From assembly GCA_902560275.1 (NCBI GenBank), contig CACELJ010000002.1:41-64040 (forward strand): 64,000 nucleotides of DNA. The letters are read 5' to 3'. Below are positions 50,657 to 59,755 of the stretch, one piece after another. The DNA comes from an uncultured SAR86 cluster bacterium (lineage in GTDB: Bacteria; Pseudomonadota; Gammaproteobacteria; Magnimaribacterales; AG-339-G14). The position numbers and the translations under genes were made by a program. Under the pieces are notes generated by a model. It had not been told where the DNA came from. It searched no databases and worked only from the letters and a program-made list of their open reading frames with translations. How positions within the stretch are numbered: position 1 is the first letter of the stretch; every line of letters begins with the position of its first letter.

Positions 50657-51922
50657 ATGAATCCATATAGGTTACTTTTCTTTTTGACGCTTCTGAATCT
50701 TTTAAATTTTGTGGACCGTCAACTTATTGCAAGCTTTGCAAACTTTATTGTTCCTGACCTAGGCTTAACTGATTGGCAGTACGGTATTTTAACTGGATTA
50801 GCTTTTGTCTTTTTTTATTCAATTATGGGATTGTTCATGGGAACGCTGGCAGATAAGTACAACAGACCGAGATTAATTGGTTTTGGGGTTCTGCTGTGGA
50901 GTGTTTTTACTGCGTTTACAGGTGCCGCCAAAGGATTTATAAGCATGGCTATTCCCAGAGCCTTCATTGGAGTTGGAGAATCAATCTTAACGCCAACATC
51001 CATGTCCATGCTTTCAGATAGCTTTCCAGCAAATAGGATGGGTTTTGCTGCTGGAGTCTATTATATGGGTGTTCCTATCGGAGTTGGGATAAGTCTTCTT
51101 ATTGTAGGGTTTCTTGGTGAGCCTCTAGGATGGAGAAACTGTTTTTACATTTTGGGAGGTATCGGAGCAGTATTGGGCATCATTGCATTTTTCTTTAAAG
51201 ATCGCCCTAGAAAACATCTTATCGATAATCCAGATGAGGTTAATCTCTCTTTTTCAGAGATAGTTTCTACTTTAAGGCAAGCCTTGACCTCTTCTAATGC
51301 ATTAATCTTAACCATAGCTGGAGGAGTTCTTTATCATGTAGCACTGGGAGCAGCAGTTTTTGAACAACTTTGGTATGCCCAAGAAAGAGGTTTCGAAAGA
51401 TCAGAAATTGCTCAACTAACGGGGATCATTGGTGTAGTGGCGGGTCTTGCTGGAAACTTGTTTGGTGGTTTGATGAGTGACTGGTGGTTGAGAACTTTCA
51501 ATCAGGGTCGTCCAATGTTTCTTTTTTGGCTTACTCTGTTGCTATTACCTCTTGGAATAATTTATAGATTCGTAGAACCGAATACTTTTATTTTTTGGCT
51601 AGGAGTTGTTATCGGTTATTTCCAACTAGGGTGTTTTTACGGCCCAACCTTTTCAACCGTTCAGGAGCTTGTACCGCCTAAAATAAGAGCTACTGTAGTG
51701 GCGTTTTACATCTTATGTCTAAACCTGATAGGTCTAACATTTGGCTCTTTAGGAGGCGGAATCTTTACTGATCTTTTAAGATCATTTGATGTGGCTGAAC
51801 CATATACAATAATGCTTGTTACTTTCTCTTTGATCGCTGGATTAGCTATACCTTGCTATTATTTTGGTGGCAAAATCTATGAATCAGATAGAAAGAGACT
51901 TTTGGAAGAATTTAAGAATTGA
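50657..51922 (+). CDS. MFS transporter
   Basis: 421 aa, about 12 hydrophobic segments, and a GTLADKYNRPRLI loop 2-3 motif (MFS signature). Confidence 0.85.
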   Translation: MNPYRLLFFLTLLNLLNFVDRQLIASFANFIVPDLGLTDWQYGILTGLAFVFFYSIMGLFMGTLADKYNRPRLIGFGVLLWSVFTAFTGAAKGFISMAIPRAFIGVGESILTPTSMSMLSDSFPANRMGFAAGVYYMGVPIGVGISLLIVGFLGEPLGWRNCFYILGGIGAVLGIIAFFFKDRPRKHLIDNPDEVNLSFSEIVSTLRQALTSSNALILTIAGGVLYHVALGAAVFEQLWYAQERGFERSEIAQLTGIIGVVAGLAGNLFGGLMSDWWLRTFNQGRPMFLFWLTLLLLPLGIIYRFVEPNTFIFWLGVVIGYFQLGCFYGPTFSTVQELVPPKIRATVVAFYILCLNLIGLTFGSLGGGIFTDLLRSFDVAEPYTIMLVTFSLIAGLAIPCYYFGGKIYESDRKRLLEEFKN

Positions 51923-53073
51923 AATTAAAAGATTGTCATAACATTAGCGATTTAAGAAAAGCTGCTGAAAAAAGATTGCCAGCAGCAATGTTCCATTACA
52001 TTGATGGTGCTGCAGGAGATGAATGGACAATAAAACACAATACGAATTCCTTTGAACAGTATGAAGTGATTCCGAATTATTTAGTTGATGTAGATAAAAT
52101 TGATACTTCAACAAAAGTTCTTGGAGCACAGATTGATTGGCCATACATATGCTCGCCTACCGGATATCACAGATTATTCCATCATGAGGGAGAGGTAGCA
52201 GCAGCAAATGCTGCGAGTGATATGGGTACTATTTTTTGTCTATCTACCCTTTCAACAACTACTATTGAAGAGGTTGCTGAAAAATCTAAAGGTCCTAAAG
52301 TTTTTCAAATTTATGTTCTGAAGGACAGAAGCATCTCAGTCGAGTACATAGAAAGATGTAAAGCTGCTAATTACGATGCCCTCTGCTTGACTATCGATGT
52401 TCCTGTTAATGGAAGAAGAGAAAGAGATTTGCGCACAGGCATGACCGTGCCACCAAAATTAACTTTAAAGTCTTACCTAAATATTGCCAGTAAATTTGAT
52501 TGGACATTGAACTATCTTACTCATCCCCCCACGCCTTCCATGGTCAATATTGAGCATAGGTTGAAAGATGCTGCTAGCGATATTTCTGTAATGGATTTTA
52601 TGAACAGTCAGTTTGATAGGACTGTTACTTGGAAAGATGCAGAGTGGATGATAGGTCAATGGGATAAGGCTTTTGCGGTCAAAGGAATTTTATCTGTAGA
52701 AGATGCTAAACGGGCAAAGGATATTGGTGCTTCAGCAATAATGATTTCAAATCATGGAGGAAGACAACTGGATGGATGTCCAGCGCCATTTGAAATGTTG
52801 AAAGAAATTAGAGATGCTGTTGGAGACTCTATTGAGATTATAGTTGATGGTGGTATCAGAAGAGGGATTCATGTCATAAAAGCCCTCGCCATGGGAGCTA
52901 ATGCTTGCATGGGGGGTAGACCATACCTTTATGGACTATCTGTAGGAGGCTACAAAGGAGCTAAATATGCATTACAACTTTTAAAAGATGAAGTTGAACA
53001 AAGCATGATTCTCACAGGCGTCAAAAACGTTAGTGAATTAAATAGATCTTTTTTAAGGAGGCCTGGAGAATGA
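51919..53073 (+). CDS. FMN-dependent alpha-hydroxy acid dehydrogenase/oxidase (LldD/glycolate oxidase family), TTG start
   Basis: 384 aa, DLRKAAEKRLPAAMFHYIDGAAGDE aligns with the LldD N-terminus. SNHGGRQLD and DGGIRRG motifs are present. TTG at 51919 overlaps the MFS stop. Confidence 0.85.
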   Translation: MKLKDCHNISDLRKAAEKRLPAAMFHYIDGAAGDEWTIKHNTNSFEQYEVIPNYLVDVDKIDTSTKVLGAQIDWPYICSPTGYHRLFHHEGEVAAANAASDMGTIFCLSTLSTTTIEEVAEKSKGPKVFQIYVLKDRSISVEYIERCKAANYDALCLTIDVPVNGRRERDLRTGMTVPPKLTLKSYLNIASKFDWTLNYLTHPPTPSMVNIEHRLKDAASDISVMDFMNSQFDRTVTWKDAEWMIGQWDKAFAVKGILSVEDAKRAKDIGASAIMISNHGGRQLDGCPAPFEMLKEIRDAVGDSIEIIVDGGIRRGIHVIKALAMGANACMGGRPYLYGLSVGGYKGAKYALQLLKDEVEQSMILTGVKNVSELNRSFLRRPGE

Positions 53074-55211
53074 AGATTAAATTACTGATTGTTTTAGCTG
53101 TATTTAATCTTAATGTGTTTGCGGTTGAGGGTATGTGGGAACCTTCTCAAATGGATAATTTAAAAAAGGAGTTAAAAAATACAGGGTATTCTGGAGACGC
53201 AGATAATCTAACAGATTTATTTTCTTTCCCGCTTAATGCAATAGTGAGTCTTGGTGGATGCTCTGCATCGTTTGTCTCTCCAGAAGGTCTTATTGCAACG
53301 AATTACCATTGTATCGAAGGGTCATATTTACAATTTAACTCTTCTGAAAAGGAAAATTTATTCGCAACTGGGTTTGTTGCTAGAAGAAAATCAGAGGAAA
53401 AACCGTCTGCGCCTGGGTCAAGTGCTTATGTCACTCAAAGCATTACCAATGTTACCGAGGCTGTGTTGAGACAAACGGAAAACCTTAAAGATGACCTTGA
53501 TAGATACAATAAAATTGAAAGTAATAAAAAAAGTATCATTGAACAATGCGAGACAAGTGATGAAATAAGATGCAATGTCAGGTCATTTTTTAGCGGAGAG
53601 ACTTATCAATTAGAAAAAAGATTAAAAATAAGAGATGTTCGATTGGTCTACGCTCCTCCTGCTTCGATAGGTGAGTACGGTGGTGAGATAGATAATTGGA
53701 TGTTCCCGAGGCATACAGGGGATTTTGCCTTGTTGCGGGCTTATGTGGCTCCTGATGGAAGCAGCAAAGAGTTTGCTTCACAAAATAAGCCATATAAATC
53801 CAAGAACTACTTAAAGATATCAGCAAAAGGAGTTCAAGAAGGAGATTTTGTTATGGTTGCCGGATATCCAGGCACAACCAACAGGTTGCTTACATATAAC
53901 GAAGTGGAATTTGATATAGAGGAGGGATTTAAAGGTTTCGTTGATTTTTTAAAGTCTGGGATAGACATAATGAGATCTTCTACGAAAGATGACGATGGTT
54001 CTTCTTTAAAATATAGAGGATTAATTAGTGGTTATGAGAATTATTATAAAAAAATATCAGGACAAATAGATGGTGCAGAGTCATTCAAAGTTCAAGACAA
54101 AGCTAATTCTGATTGGTTAGGTTTCATAGATTATTTAAATGAAAAAGGCTCTAGACAAGAAAAGGAGTCCTTAGATTCGCTTATTTCTTTGATTGATGAT
54201 CAAAAGGCAAAAGAGTTACCTAACTATTATTATGGGAATTCAAGAATGATTTCTACCGCTCAAAGAATTTACAGATACGCCTATGAAAGAACCAAACCAA
54301 ATGATCAGCGAGAAATTGGCTTCCAAGAGAGAGATCATGAAAATATTGTGAATGGAATTAAATCTCTTGATTATCGTCTTGATAAAAGAGTTGATAAAGA
54401 AATTTTTATTAACCGACTTGAAAAATATAAAACTTTTGAGGGAAATTTAAGAAGGCCACAATTTAGCAATTATTTTCAACTAGATGCAGACTTTAAAAAG
54501 TCTAAAAAAATTGTTGAAGATATCTACTCACAAAAATCTTTAATGGATTCTGCTGAAGATAGACTTTCCTTGATTGACTTATCTCTAGATGAACTCAATT
54601 CAATTAAAGATCCTTTCATTAACATTGCAAGGATTCTATTTGATGAGCAAATGGAGTATGAAAACATTGCTAAGTCTGAAGCTAGCGAAAAACAAAGACT
54701 CAAATCATCTTTCATAAAATCGTTAAGAAAATATTATAAAAGTATTGGAAAGTCATTGTACTCAGATGCTAACGGTACCCTCAGAATTACTTTTGGTAAC
54801 GTTAAGGGAGTATCTCTAGAAGACGGCATTACCTATGGTCCATTCACGCGTTTAGAAGGTATTAATAAAAAACATAGCGGAGAGGAGCCTTTTGATGCTC
54901 CAGATAAGCTAATGGATTTAATCTCTCAAAAAAATTATGGAAGATATGAGTTGGAATCCTTAGGCTCTGTTCCGGTGAATTTTTTGTGCGATCTTGATAT
55001 TACAAATGGAAATTCTGGCTCAGCCACGCTAAACGCTAAAGGTGAGTTGGTAGGCCTTGCTTTTGATGGGATGCTTCAGACGATTATCGCAGACTATAAA
55101 TATATTCCAGAAGCGAGAACTATATCTGTAGATTCAAGGTACTTTCTTTGGACTTTAGAGAAGTTTGATGAAGCTAAGAATATTCTTGAAGAGTTATCGC
55201 TTGAATACTAA
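53070..55211 (+). CDS. Peptidase S46 (dipeptidyl-peptidase 7/11-like), secreted
   Basis: 713 aa with a signal peptide. EGMWEPSQM and GGCSASFVSPEGLIATNYHC are the S46 N-terminal His motif. C-terminal TNGNSGSATLN is the catalytic Ser. Confidence 0.88.
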   Translation: MKIKLLIVLAVFNLNVFAVEGMWEPSQMDNLKKELKNTGYSGDADNLTDLFSFPLNAIVSLGGCSASFVSPEGLIATNYHCIEGSYLQFNSSEKENLFATGFVARRKSEEKPSAPGSSAYVTQSITNVTEAVLRQTENLKDDLDRYNKIESNKKSIIEQCETSDEIRCNVRSFFSGETYQLEKRLKIRDVRLVYAPPASIGEYGGEIDNWMFPRHTGDFALLRAYVAPDGSSKEFASQNKPYKSKNYLKISAKGVQEGDFVMVAGYPGTTNRLLTYNEVEFDIEEGFKGFVDFLKSGIDIMRSSTKDDDGSSLKYRGLISGYENYYKKISGQIDGAESFKVQDKANSDWLGFIDYLNEKGSRQEKESLDSLISLIDDQKAKELPNYYYGNSRMISTAQRIYRYAYERTKPNDQREIGFQERDHENIVNGIKSLDYRLDKRVDKEIFINRLEKYKTFEGNLRRPQFSNYFQLDADFKKSKKIVEDIYSQKSLMDSAEDRLSLIDLSLDELNSIKDPFINIARILFDEQMEYENIAKSEASEKQRLKSSFIKSLRKYYKSIGKSLYSDANGTLRITFGNVKGVSLEDGITYGPFTRLEGINKKHSGEEPFDAPDKLMDLISQKNYGRYELESLGSVPVNFLCDLDITNGNSGSATLNAKGELVGLAFDGMLQTIIADYKYIPEARTISVDSRYFLWTLEKFDEAKNILEELSLEY

Positions 55212-57109
55212 GAAATGACTGTGCTTTTAACAGGCTTGTTTCTTGCAGCCCAAATAAGTCTTAGGAATTTGACAATAAATAACCTAACAGTTCGATCATA
55301 AAAAGATATCTTTTCTTTAGTATCTTTGGCTTCCGATGTTTGCTTCCCTCTTATAACTTGACCTGGAAGAGTTCCGGTTGCTTGACCATTCTCATAAACA
55401 ACCTCGCCACTTTTAATAGTTGCTAAATAACCAAAGGATTCCTGAACAAGCCTTTTCCCTCCTTTAGGTAGATCAAAGATCATTTTTGGAAGAGAGACAT
55501 TTAATTTTTCAAAATCAATAATATTGATATCTGCAATCATTCCAGTTTTGATTTCTCCCCTATCAAATAGCCCATAAGTTTCAGCAGTGTCTTTTGTCTG
55601 CTTTCTAATAATGAGTTCTAAAGGAATTTTACTGCCTGCTGATCTATCTCTTGCCCAATGAGATAAATTTGTTGTGGGCATGCTTGCGTCACAAATAAGA
55701 CCACAATGGGCTCCTCCATCACTCCCACCAGCCACAGATGATTTAAGTTTATAGAATGTTTCAACGAATTTAAGTTTATGATTTTCATAAGGGGTGAAAC
55801 ATGCGTAGATTAAGCTTTTACCGTCATCTTTTATCAGTTCGTCATAAATAACCTCTTCTTCTGACTGATTTCTCTGTTCAGCTAAGTAAGCAATACTATC
55901 TTCTCTTGTTGGTTCGTAATTAGGAGGATCACTTAAAATAAATTGAGTTTCATAGTTAGAGATTAGTTTTTTACCTATTTCTGCTTCAGCTTTAATTTCT
56001 TCTTTAGTCTTATTAGATTTTTGTTCTTTAGCAGCTTTTTGTAAATCTTCTCTAAAGCTTGGCGACTCATTTAAAATTTTTTGCTTAAAAGCAGGATCCC
56101 TCATGATTGACAGTCTCTCGTTGAGGGGAAGATGAGAAATTTCTTTGTAAGAAGGATGACCTATAAATGGATGCAAAGAACTTTCTAGACCAAACATAAG
56201 TCCCACATTTCTTCCTGGGAACTGAGGTCGAACATTTTTACCTTTAAGAAACTGTTCTTCACAGTAAAGAATTGTTTTAACGGAGTCGCCATTTGTTTGA
56301 AGAACAGTTAAACCGCAATCAGACTTTTCAACGTATTCTTTCATCCATGACATTTCTATTTCTTGATCCAGCCAATCAGAAACAATTTCTAAAGTACCCT
56401 CACCTGCACGGTCCACTGCAAAAGCAAGTTCCTTCATTTCATCTGAGCTAGCTTCCGTGCCAGGCACATAAACACCATGAACGTCCCTGTGTAAGATAGT
56501 TCTGGATGTGCTAAATCCTAATGCACCAGCATTTATTGCTTTTTCTACTATTTCTGACATTTGGTTGATTTCGTCTTTAGATGCATCAACTTGGTTTTGA
56601 CATCTATCGTAGCCCATCACATAACTTCTTACCGGTCCATGTCCAATCATAAATCCTAAATCCATTACAAATTCTTTTCTTTCTATTGCATCTAGAAATT
56701 CAGGAAAAGTTTCCCACTCCCAATCAATGCCTTCATGCAGTGCGGTACCTGGGATGTCCTCAACACCCTCCATAAGTTGAATAAGGAAATTTTCATCTCC
56801 GGGTTTCACGGGTGCGAACCCAACTCCACAATTGCCCATAACAACTGTGGTTACACCATGCCAGCTCGAAGGAGTTAAATAAGGATCCCAACAAACTTGT
56901 CCATCGTAGTGTGTATGAATATCTACCCACCCAGGAGAAACAAGGTTTCCATCAGCATCAATTTCTTTTTTACCTGAATTAATGACTTCACCGACTTTGG
57001 TAATTTTTCCATCATCAATTGCAATATCACCAAGAAAAGGTTTTTTCCCGGATCCATCAACTATGTTGCCATTTCTAATAACTAAATCGTGTATGTGCAT
57101 TTCTCTCAT
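55208..57109 (-). CDS. N-acyl-D-amino-acid deacylase (D-aminoacylase) family amidohydrolase
   Basis: 633 aa, DLVIRNGNIVDGSG...DIAIDDGKITKVG...DADGNLVSPGWVDIHTHYDGQ is the typical family N-terminus. The start could be 57109 or 57100. Confidence 0.8.
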   Translation of the reverse strand: MREMHIHDLVIRNGNIVDGSGKKPFLGDIAIDDGKITKVGEVINSGKKEIDADGNLVSPGWVDIHTHYDGQVCWDPYLTPSSWHGVTTVVMGNCGVGFAPVKPGDENFLIQLMEGVEDIPGTALHEGIDWEWETFPEFLDAIERKEFVMDLGFMIGHGPVRSYVMGYDRCQNQVDASKDEINQMSEIVEKAINAGALGFSTSRTILHRDVHGVYVPGTEASSDEMKELAFAVDRAGEGTLEIVSDWLDQEIEMSWMKEYVEKSDCGLTVLQTNGDSVKTILYCEEQFLKGKNVRPQFPGRNVGLMFGLESSLHPFIGHPSYKEISHLPLNERLSIMRDPAFKQKILNESPSFREDLQKAAKEQKSNKTKEEIKAEAEIGKKLISNYETQFILSDPPNYEPTREDSIAYLAEQRNQSEEEVIYDELIKDDGKSLIYACFTPYENHKLKFVETFYKLKSSVAGGSDGGAHCGLICDASMPTTNLSHWARDRSAGSKIPLELIIRKQTKDTAETYGLFDRGEIKTGMIADINIIDFEKLNVSLPKMIFDLPKGGKRLVQESFGYLATIKSGEVVYENGQATGTLPGQVIRGKQTSEAKDTKEKISFYDRTVRLFIVKFLRLIWAARNKPVKSTVIS

Positions 57110-57151
57110 GGACTTATTATGTATCTGTAATGATGAAAATTGAAGTATTTT

Positions 57152-57227
57152 TGGTGGAGCCAGGCGGGATCGAACCGCCGACCTCCTGCGTGCAAAGCAG
57201 GCGCTCTCCCAGCTGAGCTATGGCCCC
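57152..57227 (-). tRNA. tRNA-Ala (anticodon UGC)
   Basis: GGGGCCA-TA-GCTC-AGCTGGGA-GAGC-G-CCTGC-TTTGCAC-GCAGG-AGGTC-GGCGG-TTCGATC-CCGCC-TGGCTCC-A-CCA, with a G3:U70 pair. Confidence 0.93.
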
Positions 57228-57275
57228 AAAAGAAGGGAGTAGATTAGAGAAAGATGCAAGAAATGTCTAACTTTT

Positions 57276-57950
57276 TTAAGCAGGCAGTGCATTTGAGATA
57301 GCCTCTAAGAGCGGTCTCTGATGTGCTTGCTTAGTTTTTGCATAATGAGGATGACCTAAAGAAGCTAAATCTTCTGCTTTCTCCATTATTCTTTTTTCAA
57401 AATCTGAAGATGATGCTATTTCATCGAGAAGTCCGGCCTCAATACACTTATCAAAAGGATAAGGATCAGCATGATAAAGCACAGAATAAACATGCTTTTT
57501 ATCGATTCTGCTTTCAGCAACCTCCATAATGGGAGATGGAATATCCATGTTGTTTCTAACTTCGTTCGCCTGAGCAACAAACTCTCCTTCTAGAGCTATG
57601 CGGTAGTCTCCGCAACAAACAATAAAAATTCCCATGGCAATAGCGTGTCCTGTTACAGCCATAATTATTGGTCTTGGAAAAGTATATAGATCATGCATAG
57701 TTTTCATTCCTAAGGCAGTCATTTTTTGCGCCTTTTCCGCATCTCCACTTTGAAATGTTTTGAGATCAAATCCTGCTGAGAAAATACCTTCTCTTCCTCT
57801 TATAATTAATGCACCGCTATCTTTGGAAACTTGATCTAGACAATTCTGTATAGATTCAAGCATTTCTAATGAAAAGACATTAACCTTCCCATCATCCAAT
57901 GTAATAGTTGAGATATCTCCTTCTTTGCTAAGGGTTGCTGGTTCACTCAT
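57276..57950 (-). CDS. Enoyl-CoA hydratase/isomerase (crotonase) family protein
   Basis: 224 aa, ALIIRGREGIFSAGFDLK oxyanion-hole region, and VTGHAIAMG. Confidence 0.8.
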   Translation of the reverse strand: MSEPATLSKEGDISTITLDDGKVNVFSLEMLESIQNCLDQVSKDSGALIIRGREGIFSAGFDLKTFQSGDAEKAQKMTALGMKTMHDLYTFPRPIIMAVTGHAIAMGIFIVCCGDYRIALEGEFVAQANEVRNNMDIPSPIMEVAESRIDKKHVYSVLYHADPYPFDKCIEAGLLDEIASSSDFEKRIMEKAEDLASLGHPHYAKTKQAHQRPLLEAISNALPA

Positions 57951-57966
57951 TTTTTCCTCCTGAAAA

Positions 57967-58548
57967 TTATATTAAATCACAAGCTGCGGGCGGCATCCAA
58001 TGGGCATCTTTACCATCCCACTTTATATTACATCCAATTGGGTTGGTAACTGGAACTGAAATGATACTTCCTCTTAGATAATCATCAATTGCATTTTCCA
58101 AATCGTTTATTGTTGATTCAGATCCATTTCTTGGATTGTCAATTCCTCTTCCTGTATAAATCAATGATCTTTCTGAATTAAAGACAAAAAAATGAGGAGT
58201 TTTTAGAGCACCATAATTAGTAGCAATCTCCTGAGATTCATCGTGAAGATAGTCCCAGGGGAACTGATGCTCTTGCATGCGAGCTTGCATATTCTCAAAA
58301 CTGTCTTCTTCATAGGTATTTTTACTGTTCGAATTGATACATACCAACTTAATACTCTCTTGACTGTACTTTTCGACAGTTTTTCGAGTAGTTTCATCCG
58401 ATCCAATTACATAAGGACAATGATTACAAGTGAAGGATATTATCAATAACTTATATTTACTGTAACTTGCTAGATCATGAAACAAATTGTCAGTTCCAAG
58501 AAGATTAAAATCTGGAGCTTTTTTGCCTATTTCTAATGTATAAGCCAA
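57967..58548 (-). CDS. Thioredoxin-fold (AhpC/TSA-redoxin-like) protein, CxxC = CNHC
   Basis: 193 aa, KAPDFNLLGTD...LLIISFTCNHCPYV, and a C-terminal PIGCNIKW. Confidence 0.7.
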   Translation of the reverse strand: MAYTLEIGKKAPDFNLLGTDNLFHDLASYSKYKLLIISFTCNHCPYVIGSDETTRKTVEKYSQESIKLVCINSNSKNTYEEDSFENMQARMQEHQFPWDYLHDESQEIATNYGALKTPHFFVFNSERSLIYTGRGIDNPRNGSESTINDLENAIDDYLRGSIISVPVTNPIGCNIKWDGKDAHWMPPAACDLI

Positions 58549-58555
58549 AGTAATA

Positions 58556-59473
58556 TCAAGTCAGTGGGTTAAAGGAAATTTTTTCTGGAATGTTGTCTGC
58601 ACCGGGCATATTTTTAGCAATCATGAAAGGTCGTAAAGCCTCTATCGCTTTTGGTTCATCATGATGACAAATTTTTGGATACATATGATGCATGATGTGA
58701 ATTTGCATTGAATGATTTACAAACCTAGGCAACCCATTTCTCCAAAATCTTGTATCGTTATTTCTTCCAATTCTGAGTCCATTATGAGGCTCTCTTGAAA
58801 AAACCAATCCTAAATAAGAAGTGATAATCTTTAATGGAAGCCACCACAAAAAAAGAGTTTCCAAAGGAAAAAAGAAAACTGTAACCATCTGTGTTAAAAC
58901 AATGAATAATTGAACCGTAGATCCTCTATCTATGCTTTTTTTGAATTCAGGATCTTTGTCACAATAGTCATTAACCATTTTTTCTATCCTATCGTCTGAT
59001 CCCTGATTATGAACCCTCAAAGCTGCTTCAAACCATGAATCAACATGCGTATGGAAATAATCAGGATCCTTTTCAGGATCATTTGTGTGTGCGTGATGTT
59101 TCATATGAAGAACTTTTAATAGTTCATGAGATCTTGCTAAAGGAATCAAGGAAATCTGACCCACAAAAGAATTAACCCACTCAAGGTTCTTATTGCTCCC
59201 AGATAGATGTCCATGTTGACCTGCATGAGATGGCAAATAGGCAAAAGATGTGGATATCAGAGATATGAAAAAACCTAACCATAATGGAATAGTTGATGAA
59301 ATAACCAAATACCAGACAAGACACCATACAAAAAATTGCGTAAAGGCAATTACAATCATTTCCCACTCTATCCTTCCCATAAAAGATCTAGCTATTTCTT
59401 TTTCTTTAGAATGAGATAGCTCAGAGGATTGATAATCGTACACCTGGCTTTCTATCATACTATCCAACCCCAT
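58556..59473 (-). CDS. Membrane fatty-acid desaturase / CrtW-like di-iron family protein
   Basis: 305 aa with hydrophobic segments and three His boxes: HAGQHGH, HMKHHAHTNDPEKDPD, HIMHHMYP. An alternative ATG at 59458 forms an ATGA overlap with the upstream small ORF. Confidence 0.75.
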   Translation of the reverse strand: MGLDSMIESQVYDYQSSELSHSKEKEIARSFMGRIEWEMIVIAFTQFFVWCLVWYLVISSTIPLWLGFFISLISTSFAYLPSHAGQHGHLSGSNKNLEWVNSFVGQISLIPLARSHELLKVLHMKHHAHTNDPEKDPDYFHTHVDSWFEAALRVHNQGSDDRIEKMVNDYCDKDPEFKKSIDRGSTVQLFIVLTQMVTVFFFPLETLFLWWLPLKIITSYLGLVFSREPHNGLRIGRNNDTRFWRNGLPRFVNHSMQIHIMHHMYPKICHHDEPKAIEALRPFMIAKNMPGADNIPEKISFNPLT

Positions 59474-59673
59474 TTTTTATGTTTGGCTAATAGACCAAAA
59501 AGTAAACCAGCCACATAACTAGCTATGGTGAAAAGAAGTTCATTTTTTGGTTCAAAAAAGTAAATGGATGCAGCATTAAAAACGCTGCCAAAAAAAACAA
59601 AAGCAAATAGAACAATGAACCATTGCTCTATTATTGAAATTTTATCCTTTGTTTTTGAAGATTTTTCATCCAT
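59455..59673 (-). CDS. Small hypothetical membrane protein (two predicted TM helices)
   Basis: 72 aa, WFIVLFAFVFFGSVF and FTIASYVAGLLFGLL segments. Overlaps the desaturase start. No recognisable family. Confidence 0.45.
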   Translation of the reverse strand: MDEKSSKTKDKISIIEQWFIVLFAFVFFGSVFNAASIYFFEPKNELLFTIASYVAGLLFGLLAKHKKWGWIV

Positions 59674-59755
59674 AGCAATTTTATTTTACTAACAGAATTT
59701 AAATAAATATATATTTAAGACCTAGATTAGCTTGGATCATCCTAATTTGAGAATA

